Positions 38,410 through 50,049 of a stretch of 64,000 nucleotides of DNA are shown here, in pieces. Source of the stretch: Eutreptiella sp. 'Long Island Sound 2002' (lineage: Eukaryota; Protista; Euglenida); NCBI GenBank assembly GCA_964036045.1, contig OZ038378.1, positions 114,328,001 through 114,392,000 of the forward strand, in the 5' to 3' direction. A model generated the notes under the pieces. The model worked only from the letters and a program-made list of their open reading frames with translations, was not told the DNA's origin and did not search any database. Position 1 is the stretch's first letter; every line of letters begins with the position of its first letter. The position numbers and the translations under genes are program-made.

Positions 38410-39577
38410 TCAGCTTTCGCAGTACCATATCCAGTGGTTGTCGCCACATTCTCCACAGGGTCCTTGGGGGGCCCTTTGCCACGTCATACGCGTTGTCGCC
38501 TCTCGCAGTGCAATAGTAGGTGATGTTCTCTCGTTCCGCAAACCTGAATCTCCCTTTTCGGGTTGCTTCAATCCACGTTTGGGCTCCCAATCTTTCCAAC
38601 TCCTTGACAGATATTGCCGTAACTCGGAATTGGGGTTGCTTCCCGGTGCCCTTGTGTGAGCCACCAGTCACACTGTGGCCCCCGCTGGGGGATTTCTCCT
38701 TGTAGCTGTCCTTGGAGACCAGCATCACCTCCCACAGCTCCTTTGCGAGCGTTTCCCGTTTGTCCTCCTCCTTGGACTCCACGAAATTCTTCAAAGAAGC
38801 AGTCGCTTCACGCATCCATTTGGCATTTCCCGGGGCCTCAACAAACTCGTCCAGCGCTGCAGGGGTCACGGGGCGCACGATTTTTGCCCTCCGCTTGTGC
38901 TCCAGTCTCACTTTGAGTGCCTCCATCTGTTTTGAGATCTCCTGCTCCTCTGGGTCCACAGGTGCGTCTGGTTTCCCACCATCTGATGCATCGGCCATCA
39001 CCAGGTTCAGCTTGTGGCCTTCTCGAATGATGATCCACTTGAAATTGTCGAAGAGGGCCAACGCCCCCATTGCCCTGAGCACGAATTCGGGGTCTTCCGC
39101 CTTCCGGGTCTCTGGGATGCCCTCAGCAAGCTCTCGGATGGCCAGGCGGTGCTTTGCTGCCAGCTGTGCCACTGCCATGCCTGCCTTCGCGATTTCGGCG
39201 CGGGAGCAGAGTTTTTCAAAAGTGATCCCTTGCGATTCCAAAAATGACTTGATGCGCGCCCTGATCTCTTCGCCAACTGCTAGCTCCGTCGCCTTTTTCA
39301 CTGTGAATTCTCCTGGGTGGACTTCAATTGTGCATCGGCAGCAGCTCTCATAACCAGCAATGGCGTGGAGGAGTTTGACCGGTTCTTCCCAGCCACAGGC
39401 CAACTTGAGGTCCTGCAGCCATTTGTCGTGGTCCACACCCGCGTCTCTGATGCGCTGCATGATTTCCACCGCCGCTCTCGCCAAGTGGTCCACGGGGAGG
39501 GTGCTCTTGTAGACCTCGAACTGGCCCTTAGAGACGAAGTCTTTGAAGGTGAGGGACTCCATGCTTATAGCGGACAT
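38410..39577 (-). pseudogene. Gag-like protein of retrotransposon 2 (one frameshift near 38466)
   Basis: Long ORF from MSAISMESL. The C-terminus RFRFAERENITYYCT..YDVAKGP parallels KFRFEGGRRLYIAK in element 1 and continues in a shifted frame as PCGECGDNHWIWYCES*. Confidence 0.7.
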
Positions 39578-39999
39578 TTTGTATGGATCTCTGTATGTGG
39601 CCTGACCGGCGTGAGAACCCAAAAATCTTTAAAAGATTCTATAGAGAAAGAGCATGTGAGTGGCATTATGGGGTGAATCCTGTGTTTCGCCTAAAGGCGA
39701 ATCCCTTGATACACCCCAGGAATTCCTACAAGCTCACCCAGACAGTCAACGAAGTCGTGTGCAGGGGGGGGAGGGGGGGCAGGGTCGCATGCGAATGCGG
39801 CCACGGGAACACCCTCCGGGGGGGGGGGGGCTTTGGCATGGCAAAGTTCCGACCAATAGAGCGTTGTGGCTCGCGGTGACCGAGGATGGTGTCACATGGG
39901 GCGTTATGGTCAGCTTCTTGTACCAGCGACCGATGGGGGAGCTTCCGGTGTACTACATCCATGCAATTCTGCGATATAACTAGCAGGTTTCACAACGGT

Positions 40000-41630
40000 T
40001 TGCAGTGTCCGTTGCAGCAAGTGTTGCAGGTGATCAACCGACATGTCATGGTACAAACCAACGGGAAACTAGGGGACTTCAAACCATTCATCCATGACCT
40101 TAAAAATCTTCACCTTTGACTTCCACGACGTTGGGGATACCAACTGATCATCACTAATTTGGCGCACAAAGGTATTGAGGTTGCGCTATACCAACTTGAT
40201 TGTGTCATTCTACAAATGGCAGCCCTCAAGGTTGGTGCGTGCTGTCGGTGTGAGGAAAAAAGAATGAAAATGATCCACAGAAGAACTGTTGGGGTTCCAC
40301 CACATATTCTCCACCAATACGGGCCAACAAAGCCTCACCCATCTCCTCCGAATGGCATTTCCTTGGTATTGATTTTTCCCACCGACCCCAAAACAACAAA
40401 GACGCCCCCAAGGCCCGAACATATTCCGTGGTGTGCTCGGCCCACCAACATAGGTGGACAAGAATATGGAACACATAATGAGCATAATCTGAGTTATGTT
40501 GGTTTGCCCAGTTGCAAATGCGAACAACAAACCACACAAGAACAGGGCAGGGATATACTCCATGAGTAATACAACCAAGCCTTTGACTTTGGCAACGGTG
40601 GTCCGTTGTATTGGAGACATACAAGGACGTGCATCACCAGTGGACGCCGCAAGGCGCGCCAAGGCCGGCGTACATGAACTAACCGCAACCAAGAGAGCGG
40701 CCATAACCCTCTCCATATAAATAAGCTTGGGGTGTGGGTAAACCTCCATACCTGCGAAGAGTCTACCTTGTGTCAGGAATGTAACAAAGGGAAAAAGCGT
40801 CTGTAGCAAACAATCACCGCTTATTGATAAGGGTGCCACAGGCCGTACAACACCGGAGAACGGATTAAAAAAAAAAGGAAGATTGTACTCGGCATATGAC
40901 TTGTTGTACAGCATCTTACACAGGCGGTAGTGAATGGTTTCATCCATGAGGACTATTAGGACTTTGTTGCTCGGCTACTGCGCCTGCACCAACAGATGGA
41001 ATAAAGCTACCACATCTAGCTGGGATCCTGTGGTGGGGTCCGTCAGCAAAAAAGGTTTCCATGCCAACTGCGAACACTTGTTCGTCTGCAATCCAAGGGG
41101 GCACGAATATCTTTTGCCTCAATGGGCCAATCAAGCAAATTACTTGTGGAGCCACACAACCCTAGAAAAGAGTCACGCAACCTCCGAGCAACCATCGGGA
41201 GACGTTGCTTCAACACATCCAACTTGGGGTACGCACGGAAAATGTCCAAAGCACTGCGCAGCTGTACCAAACCCATGGCACTACAGCTGAGGCTACGGTT
41301 GCGGGAATGGGGTGGAGGACCAAAGTGGCGACGATATAAATTGTCAAACAAAGCAATGTATTGGAATCGTTTAATGAGGTCCCCGAGATCCCGAGCCATG
41401 AGGGAAACATGTTGACTTGTGCTGCCAACATTATACGTGCAAGCTCCCCAGTGGGAGAGTTTCCTCCTTACTGATCGAGACATGCGAACATCATCTGCTG
41501 GACGGCAAGCAGTGGGCTTGTAACGTTTGTACATCAAACGCCACACGTTGCATGCCTCTATGCAAAGGGGGGAGTACCAGTTGGGGGGGGGGCACCATTC
41601 TTTTTTCCAAACCATGCCTGTTGAACATCG
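40000..41630 (-). pseudogene. Degenerate LINE RT region
   Basis: SISGDCLLQTLF (QGD-x-LSP-x-LF-like), followed by KLIYME (YxDD position), in ORF 40210-40947. Confidence 0.5.
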
Positions 41631-41676
41631 CCAAGCAAGCGCCCAGTCCTTGCAGTGCTTGTCCGCACCGAGTATC

Positions 41677-42074
41677 AGGGGTGTCCTTAACGGAAAAAAA
41701 AAAGTGTTCCGGTACGAGTTTTCCCAGAAAGACCGGCGGGCACTCTATGTGCTCAACCATGGTTTGTGGCAGTTGGCGGTTGGCGGTTGGAGGCGGATGG
41801 CGGTTCACAGTTGGCAACCGGCGGTTGGTGGCGGTTGGCGGTGGTTGGCGGTGGTTGGTGGTTGGAGGCGGTTGGCAGTGGTTGGCAGTTGGCGGTTGGT
41901 CGCCGCTGGCGGTTGGCGGCGGTTGGTGGCTGGCGGTTGGTGGCGGTTGGTGGTTGGCGGTTGGTGACAGTTGGCGGTTGATGGGAGTTGGCGGTTGGCG
42001 GTTGGTGGTCCCTTGGGGTGGTCCTTAAGGGCTGTCCTTAGCAAAAAAAAAATCCCGTACCTTAAGGACCCCCC
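41677..42074. repeat. (GGCGGTT)n-type minisatellite (about 41765-42010) inside a possible small TIR element
   Basis: Degenerate ttggcgg/ttggtgg tandem array. Flanks ggggtgtccttaa and ttaaggacccccc are roughly inverted. Confidence 0.7.
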
Positions 42075-43829
42075 AGCCGATTTATGTTATGAATGGCCTT
42101 CAAAAATAAAACATGGGTCAAGAACACCCCGCAGAGCGTTCTTAAGCGGAATCTCCTCAATAATGGGCGTCGCACTTCGCTTGGGTAATTGCTATCTCTT
42201 TTGCTGCTCCCGTTGTGGCCCACTGAACATCAACAACACTCTGAAGTGGTTTCTTGTCGCAAATTTCTTTTTGGTATCGGAGTCAGTGGACTCTCGGGGT
42301 GTGGCGCAACACCTACCAAAGTACTTATGTACCTCATGGGTCCCCTTGGCAGCTGCACAATGGATCCCAAGCCGTTCCGCAACTGAATGTCCACTCTGCC
42401 GGACTATTGTGGTGTGGAGGATTTCATTGGACATGCTGTGATGGACTACGGAACAAGTGGGGGAGCTGGAGCTTTCGTACAGTTGGTATGTGGGCTTCGG
42501 GGTGATGCCGGCAGTCGAGATAATGCACAGTCCAAGGAATAAATGACCAAGATGCCAAGCACCAAGATAACCCAAAGTTGTCTTTGTTAGTTCAAGTACC
42601 CCTCAATGGACGGCCACAACACGACATTGGTGAAGGCATTCACAACATTGAAGTAATGGGTGCTGCAGCTCTGAACCACACTCAACAACAAACCAAACAA
42701 CATGGGCAAAAGCAACAATGTAGAACCATTGCCTGGGGACTGTTTGAAATGAATTTCAGTTGAAAGAACGCTCTGCAGAGCGTTTTTGAACACGAAGTCC
42801 AACAATCATGGCATGAATAAGCAATCCGTACACAGAAGTAAAATGCAAGCAGTGTGGGCTAGTACCAGAGGCAATGCGGCAAACATGGCAAAAAATGCGA
42901 GTAGTAGAGGAATTTTGAAACAAGAATGCCGTGCGGAACGTTCTGGTTGCCAATATCCATTACAAGCATGCTCCCATTGTGTATTTGACAGGTAAATAAC
43001 AGAACAAAAAGAGCATGCGAAAGAAAAGGGTTATAATGACCCTCTGTAGGTACACAAGTTAATACATGTTCCGTAGACTCTGTGTGATGTATACCACTCT
43101 ATGCATCAACGTGCTACTATGCAGTGACGCACCTATCCTACACAGCAACCAAAAGGTGTGGAAAAGAGGGGGTGTATAGTCCGTTTTGAAAATGGAGCCT
43201 TCGGCTCATTTCCGGCAACCATTCATGACTCGCTTAGAGCCGCGTAAGATTGACCGCCGGCATAGCCCAGGATCTCTACCATATCCCGGAGCGGCGCACA
43301 CACACAAGACATAGATGATACGCGCTTCTCGTGCCCCCATGTACCCTTCGTGAACAGGGGATAAGCGGCCGTTTCAACGGACGACTCGAGTTTGCGCCAA
43401 TTTACTCGATTTTCGAGGTTTTGCGAGAGAATTGCCACATTTTTGGTTGCTTGTGAGGTAGTTGAGGGGGTAAAATTCATGACCAAGCTTCATTACCCAT
43501 CATCAAGGGAAAGTCCCCCCCCCCCAAACGCATCCAATACGCCCAAACATCGCACAAAACAAAAATTGGCAAAATCCGGCAAGCTTGGAGCCGATCGATA
43601 GGCATGAATTGGTCACAATTCGCACCAAGTTCGTAATAATTTCGTGCGAATTGGTACGAATTCATGCGAGTTCCACCCTTGTCCACCCCCTCCTTTGCCC
43701 TAACACCGGGTGTACCCCCCCCCCCCATGCACCCCTTGCATGCACCCTGACCAAGGGCAACAATAGTTCGGGGTCATGTTGTGGTCTCAAATCCGTCTTT
43801 TGCGACATTGGAACTGCCGCTATAGGATC

Positions 43830-45600
43830 TAACGGTGCGGCACGTAGGTTAGAAGCCGTCTTCTTGGACGGCTCACGTACCATTGTACACTGATGGGCCC
43901 TTGCCCACAGTGTGGGGTTTTGGTCGCAACGCACCTATGCGCTGCCAGGCTATCATCAATGGTGTGGTTGTCCACAACCACTTGCACCCCTAGTCTCCCC
44001 CAGAGGAGGCTTAGGCTCTCGCTATTGCGCAACATGCGCTTCAGCCTCCGGGGAATCTGCTCCATGGGAAGGAAGGAGAACTTCGACAAGATTCTCCACT
44101 TCGTTGCAAAAAAATACACGTCGTCGATCCAACGAGGTGTCCACAGAAGTTGGCCCCACTCGACCTCATTGTGGGCAATGCCCATGGCTATGCTATGTCT
44201 CCATAGCCGCCCCAAGTCGGCTCAAGAGAACTATGCGGAACGCCAAGCGAACACAATATTGCTTGCAAAATTCTCCCATCACGTGTTGCACACCGACTCC
44301 CAACTTCCCCCTGCTACTCGATGCTACCTCACAGTGGGGTGTTGTAGGCAAGCATCAAGTACCTTTTCCCATGCCATGCCCTGTTCCGCATGAAATGGGT
44401 GGCAACAGCAGACTCCATCCTTACCTTCCCCTTGTTGTTTGCCTTCTCACTATTTAATGAGGCACGGGTGCAAGTTTTTGCAGCAAGGCGTGTTTCATTG
44501 AAAGTTGGCTGCAGCATGGTGTGTGCCACTGTGGCCGCTGCCTTACGTGTCAATTGTACAACTAGGTCCCGTGTCCCGTTGATGCCGCACAACAGGACAC
44601 GAAGGACCCCGCACGGAGGAGCCCGTGGAGCCCATAACCAGGCACTCGCCTATCCCCCGTAATGGTGCTATATATAGAACCTATGGCAACAGCCCCTATC
44701 CAGTGCACGTGTATTGCACGTGCTGTGCCAAAAACAGCAAGGCAAAGAGCACGGTTCCAGCAAGGCAAAGAGCACGGTTCGGCATGCAGACCCAGCACAC
44801 CCTAGCTCCGGGGCATTATGCCTTCCAGTTTTGGCAGCCCACCATGAGCACGTGCGCTTTCCCGTCTGCACACGGAAACAAAAAAAGAACTGCCTATCAA
44901 TCCCTCCCGTATCCATAATAACTTACGGTTGCGGCCTTGCACAACCGATCATCAAAATCTATTTCTTGGGAGACCGCGTAGAGGGTATCCCATTTTTCAC
45001 CCCGCCCCCCTAGTAGCCACCAACTAGATAGTTGGTTGGGGCTGGCAGTGCCACCAAGCGTGCAATGGACATACGAGGCCTCATGCCTCGATGCACCATC
45101 CAGTGCAATAGGCAACCAATTCAGCCGTCGATCCCCAGGCTGCATGATGTCCGAAGGTGGGACTGGTCGACACGTGTACAAGTGCCCGATGCGGTTGGGG
45201 AGGTAGCAAGCCGCACCATGGCTAGCCATGTCGTCTCCCGTATAAGCAGTCAACGCCCGTGACTCCGGTGAAGGTATCTTGCGAAGCATGCCGTACACGG
45301 GTTCCCAAACCACACCGTACGTCATGCTCCCCACCACGTACCGCGCCTCTGCCCTAGAGAGGTGCAACGACCAGATCCGCCAAAGGGCCTTAATCAACCT
45401 CTCATCCATGCTGGGCTCAGGCTGCAAGGTCCGTGTAACTCTTGTCTCCGGGGTAAGAACTATTTGCCCGGTATCGGGCAGGTACTTCACGTTGTAGGGT
45501 GCCGCGAGCTCCTTGCTAACAACTTCTTGGAGGTCTTGTAGGTGCCTCCGTCGCGAGTGATCAGCTACGGAATGCAACGGCTCCTTGGGCGGTGCACCGT
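43830..45600 (-). pseudogene. Putative DDE transposase of E3, degenerate
   Basis: The 226-aa ORF 44897-45577 is followed by fragments GYGLHGLLR and WIDDVYFFATKWRILSKFSFLPME..RRLKRMLRNS. The latter resembles the EnSpm/CMC C-terminal 'L..FS.F.xE...LK' segment. Confidence 0.45.
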
Positions 45601-46189
45601 CACCGCGGCCTAGCCTTTGGAAACGGGGAGGGTTTTACGCAAAACCCCTATGGTGCGACTACACAAGGTGACTAAATTCGGTGAGACTTGTAGGTAATTC
45701 GTACGAATTCACGAGATTTCCGCACGGTGTGAATGAACACTTCACAGTCAGTTGCCACAAATTTCGTACGAATTTCACATGAATTTACCCTTTTTTCACA
45801 TGAAAGTTCCTACAGCTTGTTTCTGATATGAAATAATGATTCATTTCACCCTCCAGAAAATCCAACGTGCTTGTACACCAAGCGTCAATTACATTTCTTG
45901 GCACACCCACAACATGGGGGCAGCACGAGAACAAGACGGGATGTGCAAATAGAAGGAACACAAAAGTATGACGCGAGTTGATGCGGTATGCATCCGTCAT
46001 AAACTTTGCGAAGTGTGTGTGTGGGGGGGGCGGGGGTACTTCACATGTACTTCAATCCACCCAGGCGGGCTTTGCCAAGGGGGGGGGGGGTTAGGGCGGT
46101 ACTTGTATGTACATAACATTTGTGCAGGTTAGTGGGGACAAGAGGTTACGAACTCAAGGGCGGGCCTACCCGGCCCCCACCGTCCGGCT

Positions 46190-47450
46190 AAATTCCGCCC
46201 GGCGGAGCCCTAGAAGCTCTGCTCCCCGCACCCAAAGTTGGCGTCCAACGCCGCCGCCGTGAGGCGGCGGGGGAGGGGGGGCACCGCTTCAACAGCTGGA
46301 CATGGGCCTGTTCCACCCTGCCCAGATCGGGAGTGACCGTCGTCACCTCCACCTCCATCTTGGCGTGGATGACTGCCATGCGCAAGCCCGTGGCGACAGA
46401 GGACATTTGTGTGTGTGTCGCCTCGGCCTGCGCATGCAACGCCCGTGCCCCGGCCAAGAGGAACAGTGTGCCGGCGGGGTTGGACGCCCCCCCCCCCCCT
46501 CCCAATCCCCCCACCCCTCTCGGCCGTCGGGTTCTTGGCTTCCCCCTATGCCGTCGGCCCGGGAGCCCTGCCCCCCCTTCGCCCGCCACGCCTCCCGCTC
46601 CAAGGTATTCCCCTGGGCGGTCAACCGCTCCTTGTCGTGGCGCAAAGAGTCACGCTCCACCTAAGCGGCCCGCTTGTCCTCGTGGGCCCGAGCAAGGCGT
46701 CCCTCCACATCCCTGGGAGTTGTCTCTGCGGAGAGCGCCCGGACGTGCCACGGCTCAGACTACTGCTGTTGCTGCTGCATCCATGGCGCCACATCCCCGC
46801 CGGCCCGCGCACGTGCCGCGTGCTCTGCGGTGGTGCCCGTACGGGGGGGCCTTGGGAGGGGGGGCAGCTGTATCTGGGGGGGGGGGGGGGTGCTTTCCGC
46901 ATTGGGCCGCAGGGGGCGGGGGGGGGTGTTGACATCCTCCCCCTCGACATCAATGACGTCACCCACCCCCCTTGCCCCCCCTCCCCACCTTCCCCACATT
47001 GACCCGCATAGCAAGTCATGCTACGTCCCCCTAGGCCTCCATGGCCTGCTCCCACACGGCAAAAGGATGCTTTTGCCACCCATTGGGGCCGAGCGCGAGC
47101 TTCTGCCGCCAAGTAGGCTCTGGCTGCCTGGCAGCTAGTGCGACCGGGGCCAGAGCGGGGTCCAGGTGGGCGGTGCCCAAGTCCTCTCGCGACGGCATGG
47201 GGATCACCACCTCGTGCCCGGCGCCGCCCCCACGCCCCTGACCCGCGCTTGCCTCGCTGCAATCTCCGGCACTTCGGTTTGATTGCTCGGAGAAGTTGCT
47301 GCGATCACTTGGGGCCTCGCTAGGAGACCGCCTAGCCCCAGATCCCTTGCCCCGCTCGCTGCCCTCACTGGTCAGGTGCACACGATGATGAGGGGTGAAC
47401 CGCTTGCGCCCGTGGTGGCGCACCTCCGGGAACCACGCGTGGAATGGCAC
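46190..47450 (-). pseudogene. Accessory ORF of E3 (low-complexity plus coiled-coil-like), frameshifted
   Basis: Starts after a pyrimidine tract and CTATAG| acceptor (47451-52) as VPFHAWFPEVRHHGRKRF; later MERDSLRHDKERLTAQGNTLERE and AVIHAKMEVEV. Confidence 0.4.
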
Positions 47451-48275
47451 CTATAGACATAGGCCAAAAAATGGGGGTGACACCGAGGAACAGGGAGCGC
47501 CGATGCAACAGCCATGGGTGCAACCAAACGCAACCGGTACACGTTTCAGATAAATTTGCAGAAATACGAACGAATTTTCGTACGAGTCTCGTACGCATTT
47601 CGACGAATCCCACAAAATTTTCTAAATTGGGAAATTTGCCCTAGACATTTGTAGGCACGAATTTGGTACGAATTTTGTACGAATTTGTGCGAATTTGTCG
47701 TAAATGTAAGCAAATATGCAGACTTGCACAAGGGGCACATCTCACAATTGCACGGGCAACGGATGGACCGGGCACGCATGAGCTTGGGGCTTCTCCAGGC
47801 TGGGGCGGTGCTCCTCAGGTGCCACGGCGTGGTGGGCCGGACGGGTGGGGGTGGGGGTGGGGGGGTAACGCTAGAGATGACGAAGTTCATCGCCTCCCCC
47901 TCGTCGTCCGTTCCGTCCTTCGTCCCCTCCAACTGGTGGACCTCCCCGGTGAGGAACAACACCGTGTGCTCAGCTACCCCCAATAGGCCAGGGCGTTGGC
48001 CGGGGCACAACGCGAGAAGAACGTGGGGGGGTAGGGGCACGTGGGGGGGGCCGACGAGGGCACCCCGGGGGCGTCCCAAAACAGGGCCTGAGCAACATCC
48101 CCTTCCCACAACCCCACCCTCCCATTGGCCCCCTTTCCCAACCACAACACTAGGTCAACGCTGGGGCAGTCCCAGCTGGACAGGTCACCACCAACAGCCA
48201 AGGATTCAAGGGGGGGGGAGTGGGATCCAGGTGGGTGGTGTAGGATTGGTGGTGGCACTGCTTGGCGTCGCGGCT

Positions 48276-48860
48276 TCACATGTGAAACATGGCCCCTTGC
48301 AGCCCATCCCGGGCACCGGGGAGTGCAGGCATCCCATGGTGGCGGCTGGTGGCCACCCTGAGCAGCATGCCCCCCCTATGTAGCTCAATGGTGTCCCAGC
48401 GCACCTCCGCCGCCTCCTCCAAGGCCGTCCCCGCCTGCACCCGCACCTCGTAGTCGTGTCAAAGACGGAGAAAACTACTCAGGTGGCATCCCGATTTCGG
48501 TGGGGGGTAGGTGGAGCCCACTCGCGACACGCGCCACGATGACGCATCAGCGGGTGGACATCCTCGACCTTAGGAACACTTTCCATGAGACGGGGGGGAG
48601 TGGAATTTCTTGAAAAGGGCCCCCCCGCACCCCCTGCCCTAGCGATCCCTTGCTCTGCCAACGCCGGGGGGGGCGAAGGGTCCTTCGCCTGCTCCTCCAA
48701 CAGCCCGGCATTGAATAGGAGCTCAAAACTTTTCTCCACCACCCTCTCCTCCCCACTCCCCCACGCCCTCATCACCTTGCCCCACATCATCTCGCAATCT
48801 TTCGCATCCACCACCCCCCGAAGCACAATGTAGCCGTTCCAATCAACAAAGCTGATGGGG
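48276..48860 (-). pseudogene. PhyH-like 2OG-Fe(II) dioxygenase domain carried by E3 (one stop, one frameshift)
   Basis: DWNGYIVLRGVVDAKDCE ... ELLFNA ... PHRN (HxD position) ... VVFSVF ... YEVRVQAGT ... IELHRGGMLL.VATSRHHG (distal His) ... AMFH. The order and spacing fit a double-stranded beta-helix oxygenase. Confidence 0.55.
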
Positions 48861-50049
48861 GGCTGCGAGGCGCCAACTTTGTTGGGGTCGGTGGGGGAAT
48901 CACACTGCACCCCAAGGGGGGGGGGTCGAGAAGGGATTCGGTGCGGAGAAGGGGGTTCGTTTGAAATGAAGGGGGGGGCACAAGATGATCCTCGGAATGG
49001 TGATGTAGGAAGTGGGGTGGGCGATGTCCGGGATATGAACCTTTGGGTGGATGGTCGGATGGAAAGGGGCGATGCCCAAATCCTCCCACCACCCGGGGTT
49101 GCCAACGTGCCAGAAGAAGGGGGAAAAAGAATGCGCAAGAGGTGAACCGGTACATAGATCGTGAAGGCAGAACCATGTCGCAATGGGGGGAGGGTATGAA
49201 CCACGTTAGTGGTGGGGTAGACCTGGACGTGGGCGTCCTTGGTCTTCGCCACCGGGTTGTACGCATTGAATTCAACAATTGGTCCATGGTGGCAGGGGTG
49301 GGGAGAAGGTGCAAAAAACGAAGGGAGGGAACCTGGAAGCGGAGTTCCCTTCACAACTCCGTTGATCAGGCCTTCCCCCCAAGGTAAGAGTTGCGCGAGG
49401 GGCTGTGCCAATCAATGTGAATCGCCTCGGGGGCGGTGTCCCGGGATGTTGCCCAAGCCACAACTTCTTCAACTGTCAGCGCCCCGGAGTTGTACGTCGC
49501 CTCCTCCAGCTAGTGATGGGCGACCGGCAGGGCTTCATACCGCGCCAGAGTGTCGGCAGCAGCTTCAGGCCTGGACTGCAGGGACGCCAGTTGCAAAAGC
49601 GTTTGCGACATTATCAAATAACGAAAGGCGATGAGAGCCGAGTATGAAAGCGAAAGAGTGCAAAGTGGGACAAATTTGTGTGAAATTCGTACGAAATCCG
49701 TACAAAATTTATATGAATTTCGTACGGATTTCGTAGGAAATTCACAACCTTGAATTTGGAGCGAAGCTTGTGTGAGATTAGGTGAATTCGCACTTGGTTG
49801 GACCAAACAGCACCGAATATGTGGAAAGAGGCGGCTAATTAAAACCTTAAATTTGGACACATTTATTGTAGCACCATTTCAGCGAAGATAGTACCAGAAA
49901 CACACAAGATGGCACCAAGATACGCGCAAAACAGAGCAAAAATATGCCAAATTCGTGCCTCCGCAAATCCCCCATTCAAAGAACCGCTTCACCAAGGGTA
50001 CACGCAGCCATGTGGTGTAGACTGCTGGGGCAAGTTCCTATTCGTGTGT

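Larger units (their letters stand above)
35990..39620 (-). mobile_element. Second VIPER/TATE-like YR retrotransposon (gag-YR-RT), 3'-truncated before RNase H
   Basis: Gag-like ORF with a frameshifted CGEC-x3-HW-x3-C knuckle, then YR and RT motifs. RT-like sequence stops after KSCLKSHQNVLW near 35990. Confidence 0.85.
32795..43244. mobile_element. 10.4-kb composite DNA transposon with TA target duplication, containing nested retroelements
   Basis: 17-bp TIR ggcggctctaagcgagt / actcgcttagagccgcg (16/17). TA at 32793-94 and 43245-46. Diverged inverted arms about 32795-33500 / 42700-43244 share blocks such as tgcatagt..cgttgatgca and gaacgct.tgcagagcg. Confidence 0.75.
43344..49998 (-). mobile_element. 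E3: multi-gene DNA transposon of the CCCTT family, TA target duplication
   Basis: Termini cccttcgtgaa / ttcaccaaggg (10/11); TA at 43342-43 and 49999-50000. TTCGTACGAA-type arrays occur at about 43610-43670, 45690-45785, 47560-47710 and 49675-49745, separating minus-strand coding blocks. Confidence 0.75.

Noticed and set aside
37475-38659. 394-aa plus-strand ORF (also 38712-39353, 1074-1790, 3322-3981)
   Set aside because: These are antisense shadows of the GC-rich gag/YR/RT coding strands, with no motifs of their own.
41527-42044. Trp/Gly-rich ORFs
   Set aside because: They are minisatellite translations.
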